Virus record (IMG/VR): IMGVR_UViG_3300012952_000120
Coordinates: 1-25,681 of that record
Direction: 5' to 3' (one strand)
Length of the DNA: 25,681 nucleotides
From: a virus
Taxonomy: Duplodnaviria > Caudoviricetes
The notes beneath the pieces were generated by a model that searched no databases, was not told where the DNA came from, and worked only from the letters and a program-made list of their open reading frames with translations. A program made the translations under genes and the position numbers. Shown piece after piece: positions 19,146 through 25,681 of this stretch; position 1 is the first letter of the stretch; every line of letters starts with the position of its first letter.

Positions 19146-19732
19146 TGACTAAACAAGTTATTATTTGCGAAAATTATGATTATATGAAGGTAGTTGTTGA
19201 TCTTCATAATGATCCTACTGGTGCAACGACATGTATTGCTACACATTGTCCTTTACCTTTATGGATTACTCCTGATCCTAATTGCGGATTAACTACAGCT
19301 CAAATTGCTGAAAAGGATGTACCTAGTGGATATAAGTATGAGATAGTAGATATTGATAAGTATGAGGACTATTGGAGGGTTGGAATAGGAAGTACTGCAT
19401 TTTTATTAACTGATGCAATTACCTCATATGATTTTGATACTAAACAATGTACATATGATGTTGCTTTTGCAAAGAAAATAGCACATCGCAAAAGACGTAA
19501 CAGAAGATATAGTGAGTTTGCTCCACACGATGATACTGTAGCAAAAGCAATTCCAGGTACAGCAGATGCAGCAGAAGCATCCCGTGCTTCAATAAGAACA
19601 AAATATGCTACGATGCAAACTGAGATAGATGCTTGCTCGACAGTTGATCAGATATATGCTATACTACAAAAATATCCAAGTCTTCCAAAACCAAAGGAAG
19701 CAAAACCTAGTGGTTATACAACACAATATTAA
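19145..19732 (+). CDS. Putative tail fibre assembly/accessory protein
   Basis: CGLT..QIAEKDVPSGYKYEIVD and AKKIAH..RR..R..EFAPHD...AEASRASIR.KYA.MQTEIDA helical C-terminus; TAATG-coupled to fibre 1. Confidence 0.55.
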   Translation: MTKQVIICENYDYMKVVVDLHNDPTGATTCIATHCPLPLWITPDPNCGLTTAQIAEKDVPSGYKYEIVDIDKYEDYWRVGIGSTAFLLTDAITSYDFDTKQCTYDVAFAKKIAHRKRRNRRYSEFAPHDDTVAKAIPGTADAAEASRASIRTKYATMQTEIDACSTVDQIYAILQKYPSLPKPKEAKPSGYTTQY

Positions 19733-20331
19733 TGAATTTTGAAACAATTGATTTTGGTGAGGGTAGATCAGTTACCGTAATAGATGGTGCTGTGAATTTG
19801 AGTATTCTAAGTAATCTTTATTACTTGTGTACTCAATTACCTTATAGAATTGGTAATTCTAGTTGTAGAGAAATTCAAGGTATAGTTGATAAAAGATTGA
19901 AATGTGATTTAGAACCTAATCATCCAATTGTAGAACTTCTTCTATACGAAGGTTCGCCATCAGAACAGGCAATAAAAAAATATGTTACTAGTGATAAGTA
20001 TTGTTTTGTTAGAGCATATGCGAACTTAGGAATACATTCTGATGTAAATGAAATACATATAGACCATCAAACTGATTCTAAAACTATTTTATATTATCCT
20101 AATAAGAGTTGGAAAACTCATTGGGGTGGACAAACTATGTTTTTAGATGATGATGCAAGTTGTAAAAAATTAGTTGAGATTATTCCTGGTAGAATAGTAA
20201 TATTTGATGGTAGAATACCACATACAGTAATGCCTTTAAATATAAGATCTACTCCATCATATAGATTTACTGTTGCACTTAAATTTGAACTTATAAAAGA
20301 ACATACCAAAGATGTTAAAACTGATAAATGA
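19732..20331 (+). CDS. 2OG-Fe(II) dioxygenase (prolyl-4-hydroxylase-like / 2OG-FeII_Oxy_3 type)
   Basis: HID facial-triad start, TILYYPN..W...WGGQT.F, PGRIVIFDG.IPH, and distal R (YRFTVA.K). Confidence 0.88.
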   Translation: MNFETIDFGEGRSVTVIDGAVNLSILSNLYYLCTQLPYRIGNSSCREIQGIVDKRLKCDLEPNHPIVELLLYEGSPSEQAIKKYVTSDKYCFVRAYANLGIHSDVNEIHIDHQTDSKTILYYPNKSWKTHWGGQTMFLDDDASCKKLVEIIPGRIVIFDGRIPHTVMPLNIRSTPSYRFTVALKFELIKEHTKDVKTDK

Positions 20332-20773
20332 TTATCATTTTGTAAATGGAACTATACTTAGACCACTTGGTTTAATTCCAGGATCAAAAACACATTTTGA
20401 TATAGATCCAGACTATGGGGATTGGACTTTAGATGGTGAAACATATCATTTAGATCTTCATGATTTATTACCATTATTGACTGAAGATAATGGTTTTCAT
20501 GTTATTAAATTGGATGATATTGCTTGGAAGGGTTTTAATTTAGATATGAGTAGTCGTGCAGAAAATTGTCGTTGTTGTAATGGTGATAGATTTAGGGATT
20601 GTGATGCTACCGTACCAGGTATACTTTTAGATGGTATTAATAATCCTGAAGGTAGAAGATATAGATGTTTAGATGGAAAGCATAGGATAGAGGCTCTTTT
20701 GACTTATGACCAGATATATGCTAATTTTTATGTTTTAACCTTAAATCAAATTAAAGAATACTTATATACATAA
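20312..20773 (+). CDS. ParB/Sulfiredoxin-fold protein with Cys cluster
   Basis: PGIL...YRCLDGKHRIEAL (DGxHR motif); CRCC-x7-C upstream; no HTH visible. Confidence 0.65.
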   Translation: MLKLINDYHFVNGTILRPLGLIPGSKTHFDIDPDYGDWTLDGETYHLDLHDLLPLLTEDNGFHVIKLDDIAWKGFNLDMSSRAENCRCCNGDRFRDCDATVPGILLDGINNPEGRRYRCLDGKHRIEALLTYDQIYANFYVLTLNQIKEYLYT

Positions 20774-20779
20774 TAAATA
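20772..20779 (+). promoter_or_regulatory. Late promoter variant AATAAATA
   Basis: ATAAATA core in the gap before fibre 2; the region is very AT-rich, so a chance match is possible. Confidence 0.5.
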
Positions 20780-20811
20780 GATTTAGTACTTGAAGAAAAA
20801 TATAATATATA

Positions 20812-23800
20812 ATGCCTATAAATTTTCCAATTAATCCTAATGTCGGTGACACTTACACTTTTGGTAGTGCAGTGTGGAAATGGAATGGTTATGCTTGGAC
20901 TAGAATACCTGATCCAGGTGCTAAAGGAGAGACTGGTGGTAAAGGTGAAGAAGGTGTAGGTACTAAAGGTGAACCAGGAGATAAAGGTGAGCAAGGACCT
21001 ACTGGTACAAAAGGAGAACCATCTCAAGTTCCTGGACCTAAAGGTGATAAGGGTGAACTAGGAGATAAAGGTCAGAAAGGTGATGTAGAAGAAAAGGGTA
21101 ATAAGGGTGGTAAAGGAGAAAAGGGCGAGACTGCAGATAAGGGTGATAAAGGTGATAAGGGATATGTAGGTATTGATGGTGAAAAGGGTGTACCAGGAGA
21201 TAAAGGTGAAATTGGTGATAAAGGAGATAAGGGAGATAAAGGTGAATTAGGTATAGGTCAAAAAGGTGAAGCATCTACAGTTAAAGGTGATAAAGGACAG
21301 AAAGGAGAAGTAGCCGAGAAAGGTCAGAAGGGTGAAATAGGTGTAGGTGAAAAGGGTGTTCAAGGTGATAAAGGTGATGTAGGACCTAAAGGAGATATTG
21401 GATCTAAAGGTGAAATAGGTGTAGGCCAAAAGGGAGAAAAGGGTGAAGTAGGAGATAAAGGTGTTCAAGGTGATAAAGGTGATACTGGATCTAAAGGTGA
21501 AGTTGGTCAACAGGGTACTAAAGGTGAAATAGGTGTAGGTGAAAAGGGTACTGGTGGTACTAAAGGTGATACTGGATCTAAAGGTGAAATAGGTGTAGGA
21601 CAACAAGGAATAAAAGGTGAGATCGGTGATAAAGGTCAGAAAGGTGAACAGAATGATAAAGGTGATCAAGGGGATAAAGGTGTTCAAGGTGATAAAGGTG
21701 AAGTAGGTTCTAAAGGTGAGATTGGTGTAGGTCAGAAAGGTACTACTGGTGATAAAGGTGATGATAATTCTACTAAAGGTGATAAAGGTGATGGTGGACA
21801 AAAAGGTGCTGAAGGTGCATCTGGAACAAATATAGGTCAAGTTCCAATAATAGATACAACCAATTCTTCTAGTGGTTGGACTTATTCAAATAATAATACA
21901 CAGGCAGTGATGGCTCAAACCTTCCAGAACCGTGATATTCATTGTTTGAAATTAGATAATAATATAGTTTATGAGTTTCGTCTCTACATGACTGGAGATT
22001 CGGGATGGTACATATCCGATGATTCATCTATTGGAGTTGAATCAGTTAGTGGATATCAAGGTGGTGGTGCGTCTAGTGCTTTATCAGCTTCTAGTTATTC
22101 TAGTGATAACTGGATAGCACAAGGTAGTTCTTTTAACCAAGCAATTGTAAAGAATGGTCAATTTAATTGGTCTCCTCCTCAAAATAATACGGAAAAATTG
22201 GGTGGATATAATTGGCCTAGTAGTACGCATTTTATAATTGATATGCCACAGCGTAAGGTGTGGGCAAAGGAAACAACTTCTTATGGATCTCTGGAACAAC
22301 CTTGGTTTGTTTATAAAGCATCAGGTGCTCCACCTAATCAATCTGACCCAGTTCGTCCAGACGCAGCTCCAACGGTTCATTTGAGAGAAGATGGAGATAT
22401 GGGTTCTCTTTCTGGTGATTATTATTTCAATGTGATGTTATATAATCAAGGTACTATTATAATAGATGAAATACCACAAACAGAATCTGTATTTCGTAAT
22501 GGTGCATTAGGACTACAGGGAGATAAGGGTGAAGTTGGTTCTAAAGGTGAAATAGGTGTTGGTCAGAAAGGTGAAGTAGGTGTAGGACAAAAGGGTGATA
22601 AAGGAGAAGTAGGAACTAAAGGAGAAGTAGGTGATAAGGGTGAAGTAGGTGATAAGGGATCTAAAGGAGAAGTAGGAACTAAAGGAGAAGTAGGTGATAA
22701 AGGTCAAAAAGGTGAGGTAGGATTACAAGGAGATAAAGGTCAAAAGGGTGATACTGGATCTAAAGGTGAGATTGGTGTAGGTGAAAAGGGTGTTCAAGGT
22801 GATAAAGGAGATAAGGGTGAAGTAGGTGCTAAAGGTGAGATTGGTGTAGGTGAAAAGGGTGTTCAAGGTGATAAAGGAGATAAGGGTGAAGTTGGTGACA
22901 AAGGAGATAAAGGTGATAAAGGAGATAAAGGTGATCAAGGAGATAAGGGTGATAAAGGTCAATTGGGTGCAAGAAATTATACTGTAACAGCTTCTGGTTC
23001 AAGTGATTACACAATAGATGGTACTAGTGATCCTACTCTTGAATTGATTAGAGGATTTACTTATACATTTACTGTAAATGCAAGTGGTCATCCATTCTGG
23101 ATTAAAACTGCTCAAAATACTGGAACTGGTGATGCATATACTTCAGGAATAACAAATAATGGTACACAATCTGGTGTATTAACATTTGCTGTTCCATATA
23201 ATGCACCTAATACTTTGTATTATATTTGCCAGTATCATGGCAGTATGACAGGAACCATTAATATTAGTGGTCTTGGTCCTAAAGGTGCTACTGGAGATAA
23301 AGGAGAAGTTGGTGATAAAGGTGATGTAGGACCTAAAGGTGAAGTTGGTGATAAAGGTGAGATTGGTGTAGGTCAAAAGGGTACTACTGGTGATAAAGGT
23401 GAAGTAGGACCTAAAGGAGACAAAGGTGAAGTAGGTGGTCAAGGTGATGAAGGTGAAAAAGGTGCTAAAGGAAATGATGGATCTAAAGGTGATGTAGGAC
23501 CTAAAGGAGAAGTAGGTGATAAAGGAGATAAAGGAGAAGTAGGTGGTCAAGGTCAAAAGGGTGAAGTTGGTCAACAGGGTACTAAGGGTGAGTTAGGTGA
23601 TAAAGGTGAAGTCGGAGTAGGTCAGAAAGGTGAAGTAGGTAATGTTGGTAATAAGGGTGATACTGGTGATAAAGGACAAAAAGGTGAAATAGGTGTAGGA
23701 CAAAAAGGTGAAGTTGGTGATAAAGGTGAGATTGGTGTAGGTCAACAGGGTGATAAAGGTAGTACTGGTCAGAAAGGAGATACGGGAGCAGGGGAGAAAG

Positions 23801-24630
23801 GTCAAAAGGGTGAAGATGGTCAAAAAGGTGAGATAGGTGTAGGAGATCAAGGTCAAAAAGGTGAAGTTGGTCCTAAAGGTGAGGTAGGTCAGAAAGGTGA
23901 ACAGAATGATAAAGGTGATAAAGGTGATATTGGATCTAAAGGTAATACAGGTGGTGCATCTATTCCTAGTAGTACTACTATGTTATTTGTTCAAAGTAGT
24001 GCTCCTACTGGATGGACAAAATCAACAACACATGATAATAAAGCACTTAGAGTTGTAAGTGGATCTGCGTCATCTGGTGGTAGTAGTGCATTTACCAGTG
24101 CATTTGCTAGTAGAAGTATAAGTGTTAGTGGATCTGGAAGTTCTAGTGGAACTACTGGAAGTAGTGTTTCTGGAAATACTGGTAGTGATGGTGGAGAAAG
24201 TGTAAGTATTAGTGGGTCTGTTAGTGGTAATTGTAGTGGACAACAGATAATGTATGTTAACACTACTCAAGCAACATTATCAGTAGCACAGTTAGCATCT
24301 CACAATCACCAATATCATAATCCAATTGGTACTTCTGGTGGACAACATGGATTTGTAGATACTCAAAACGCTGGTTCTTCAGGACAACCTAATGTTAATA
24401 GTACTGGTAGTAGCAGTAGTCACTATCACGCAGTTATAATGTATTACATTAATGGTTCTAGTTTTAGTTTCAGCGATAGTTTTACTGCTTCTGGATCAAC
24501 TAGTGATCACACACACTCTATTGGTAATCACTCTCACAGTTTTGGTGATAGTAGCATAAGTGTTAGTAGTTCTGGTTCTCTTAATATGGCAGTTCAGTAT
24601 GTTGATGTTATAATATGCTCAAAGGATTAA
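20812..24630 (+). CDS. Collagen-like tail fibre protein 2 (1272 aa) with inserted globular domains and HxH-containing tip
   Basis: N-terminal FP.NP.VGDTYT...WKWNG.AW module; three Gly-X-Y blocks (~20917-21825, ~22501-22970, ~23270-23950); two inserts; collar-like IPS.TTMLFVQSSAPTGWTK; HNH/HYH/HTH/HSH motifs. Confidence 0.85.
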   Translation: MPINFPINPNVGDTYTFGSAVWKWNGYAWTRIPDPGAKGETGGKGEEGVGTKGEPGDKGEQGPTGTKGEPSQVPGPKGDKGELGDKGQKGDVEEKGNKGGKGEKGETADKGDKGDKGYVGIDGEKGVPGDKGEIGDKGDKGDKGELGIGQKGEASTVKGDKGQKGEVAEKGQKGEIGVGEKGVQGDKGDVGPKGDIGSKGEIGVGQKGEKGEVGDKGVQGDKGDTGSKGEVGQQGTKGEIGVGEKGTGGTKGDTGSKGEIGVGQQGIKGEIGDKGQKGEQNDKGDQGDKGVQGDKGEVGSKGEIGVGQKGTTGDKGDDNSTKGDKGDGGQKGAEGASGTNIGQVPIIDTTNSSSGWTYSNNNTQAVMAQTFQNRDIHCLKLDNNIVYEFRLYMTGDSGWYISDDSSIGVESVSGYQGGGASSALSASSYSSDNWIAQGSSFNQAIVKNGQFNWSPPQNNTEKLGGYNWPSSTHFIIDMPQRKVWAKETTSYGSLEQPWFVYKASGAPPNQSDPVRPDAAPTVHLREDGDMGSLSGDYYFNVMLYNQGTIIIDEIPQTESVFRNGALGLQGDKGEVGSKGEIGVGQKGEVGVGQKGDKGEVGTKGEVGDKGEVGDKGSKGEVGTKGEVGDKGQKGEVGLQGDKGQKGDTGSKGEIGVGEKGVQGDKGDKGEVGAKGEIGVGEKGVQGDKGDKGEVGDKGDKGDKGDKGDQGDKGDKGQLGARNYTVTASGSSDYTIDGTSDPTLELIRGFTYTFTVNASGHPFWIKTAQNTGTGDAYTSGITNNGTQSGVLTFAVPYNAPNTLYYICQYHGSMTGTINISGLGPKGATGDKGEVGDKGDVGPKGEVGDKGEIGVGQKGTTGDKGEVGPKGDKGEVGGQGDEGEKGAKGNDGSKGDVGPKGEVGDKGDKGEVGGQGQKGEVGQQGTKGELGDKGEVGVGQKGEVGNVGNKGDTGDKGQKGEIGVGQKGEVGDKGEIGVGQQGDKGSTGQKGDTGAGEKGQKGEDGQKGEIGVGDQGQKGEVGPKGEVGQKGEQNDKGDKGDIGSKGNTGGASIPSSTTMLFVQSSAPTGWTKSTTHDNKALRVVSGSASSGGSSAFTSAFASRSISVSGSGSSSGTTGSSVSGNTGSDGGESVSISGSVSGNCSGQQIMYVNTTQATLSVAQLASHNHQYHNPIGTSGGQHGFVDTQNAGSSGQPNVNSTGSSSSHYHAVIMYYINGSSFSFSDSFTASGSTSDHTHSIGNHSHSFGDSSISVSSSGSLNMAVQYVDVIICSKD
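22760..22892 (+). repeat. Tandem 69-bp-period duplication (64 bp exact: 22760-22823 / 22829-22892)
   Basis: CTAAAGGTGAGATTGGTGTAGGTGAAAAGGGTGTTCAAGGTGATAAAGGAGATAAGGGTGAAGT occurs twice. Confidence 0.9.
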
Positions 24631-24634
24631 TATT

Positions 24635-24970
24635 ATGAAACTTGAACAAGGAAACTTCTGTCCTTTAATTGGTAAGGACTGTATACAATTACAATGTGCT
24701 TGGTTTACTCAAGTTCGTGGAGTGAATCCTAATACAGGAGAAGAAGTTGATGATTGGAGTTGTGCAGTTACTTGGTTGCCGTCTTTAATGATTGAAAATT
24801 CACAACAACAGAGACAAACTGGTGCTGCTATTGAATCATTTAGAAATGAAACTGTGAAATCGACTATGAAAGCACAAGAAATATATCAAAGAGAGTTAGA
24901 ATTACAAGCACAAGAAAGATTGATGAAATCTAACCAAATTAAAAATGTAACGGAGATCGAAAATGACTAA
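24635..24970 (+). CDS. Cys-rich hypothetical phage protein downstream of the fibre tip
   Basis: CPLIGKDCIQLQCAWF...G.NPNTG..VDDW.CA..WLP...IENSQQQRQTGAAIESFRNE. Confidence 0.7.
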   Translation: MKLEQGNFCPLIGKDCIQLQCAWFTQVRGVNPNTGEEVDDWSCAVTWLPSLMIENSQQQRQTGAAIESFRNETVKSTMKAQEIYQRELELQAQERLMKSNQIKNVTEIEND

Positions 24971-25454
24971 ATTAACTATTATTCCTGAAGATAAAACTAT
25001 TGTAATTGATGGTGACGCAGTAACACAGTGTGCTCATGTTGATCTTTCTTGGATACCAACAGATGTGCATGCTGTTCAATGGGATAGTGAAAAAGGAAAA
25101 GGTTTTGTTGAATATAATGTTGATGAAAAATATCCACAAAGTCTTAATGAAATAGGTATTTGGCAACAAGCAATAACAGATCATGCTAATGAAAAATCTC
25201 TTGCGGCTGCTGCGTTTGAAGCAGCAAGAGATCATTTAGCAGAAGTAAAAGATCGTAGGAATTGGTTACTTGCTGTTAGTGATTGGACTCGTTTAGATGA
25301 TATTACACTTACATCAGATAAAAAAACAGAGTGGCAAACATATCGTCAAGCACTAAGAGATCTTCCAGTAACAATTGCTAATGATGCTTATTTAACAGCA
25401 AAGAAATTAGCAGATGATCATTCACACTCTGCTTGGCCTACAAAACCCAGTTGA
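24963..25454 (+). CDS. Tail fibre assembly chaperone
   Basis: C-terminal RRNWLLAVSDWT..DD......EWQTYRQALRDLP...WPTKP, the Tfa-like signature. Confidence 0.8.
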   Translation: MTKLTIIPEDKTIVIDGDAVTQCAHVDLSWIPTDVHAVQWDSEKGKGFVEYNVDEKYPQSLNEIGIWQQAITDHANEKSLAAAAFEAARDHLAEVKDRRNWLLAVSDWTRLDDITLTSDKKTEWQTYRQALRDLPVTIANDAYLTAKKLADDHSHSAWPTKPS

Positions 25455-25479
25455 CAAATTAAAAAATACATAGTATCAT
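25451..25479 (+). promoter_or_regulatory. Host sigma70-type (early) promoter TTGACA-N17-TATCAT
   Basis: -35 TTGACA 25451-25456, -10 TATCAT 25474-25479, 17-bp spacer; SD GGAG 25490-25493 before ATG 25501. Confidence 0.75.
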
Positions 25480-25500
25480 ATTAGAAATCGGAGTATTTGA

Positions 25501-25681
25501 ATGGATACTGAGGAAACAGTACAGGATATTATAGTCGATGTCTGTAAAAAAAGAATTACTTTAATTAGTAGTGAAGGTGAAACTAGATTTGTTAAGTGTG
25601 AAAGTGGTGATCAGTTCTTAGCAGTAATGGAAGTTATTAAGAGAAGTGCTGAACCTGAAATGATTACTTACGTTGATCCTG
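25501..25681 (+). CDS. Small hypothetical protein, 3' truncated (MDTEETVQDIIVDVCKKRITLISSEGETRFVKCESGDQFLAVMEVIKRSAEPEMITYVDP...)
   Basis: Open frame to the window end, preceded by a good promoter and SD; not in the ORF track. Confidence 0.75.
   Translation, partial: MDTEETVQDIIVDVCKKRITLISSEGETRFVKCESGDQFLAVMEVIKRSAEPEMITYVDP

Noticed and set aside
20312-20773. ParB-like gene as a plasmid-type partition system
   Set aside because: No ParA, no HTH domain and no parS-like repeats nearby.
20790-20806. TTGAAG...TATAAT as a sigma70 promoter
   Set aside because: Spacer of only about 5 bp, far from 16-18 bp.
17790-23856. Many minus-strand ORFs rich in F/T/I/S/P/L/H opposite the collagen regions, and + strand 18130-18327
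   Set aside because: Shadows of the purine-rich GGT-GAx-AAA repeat, which lacks stops in alternative frames.
17655-23950. Repeats as a CRISPR array or DGR template/variable repeat pair
   Set aside because: Repeats are in-frame coding, irregularly spaced and lack unique spacers; no adenine-specific mismatch pair noticed, and no reverse transcriptase or cas gene in the window.
1-25681. tRNA, rRNA, intron or intein
   Set aside because: Intergenic gaps are too short, and no cloverleaf, interrupted gene or intein motif was recognised.

Overview
AT-rich, gene-dense segment of a T4-like myophage, most consistent with a marine T4-like cyanophage; host not determinable from this window. From left to right it holds: the 3' end of gp32 (SSB), a small coupled ORF and a CUUCGG terminator; an inverted block gp4-gp2-gp48-gp53; then a long + strand late region. 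That region has a gp19/gp54-like tube initiator, gp26-like and gp51-like hub chaperones, two paralogous tape-measure-like genes, a gp27-like hub and a split gp5. It ends with a ~13 kb fibre island: two interrupted collagen-like fibres, each followed by putative assembly genes, with a 2OG-Fe(II) oxygenase and a ParB/Srx-fold gene between them. The window closes at a sigma70-type promoter and a partial ORF. Strongest new signal: the gp26/gp51 junction carries an internal SD, a T_TTT_TTC slippery site and a 3' hairpin. Together these look like a -1 programmed ribosomal frameshift making a G/GT-type tail-assembly-chaperone pair just upstream of the tape-measure-like genes. Second signal: a possible collagen-fibre modification cassette. 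All family calls come from motif recognition by eye, not database searches.
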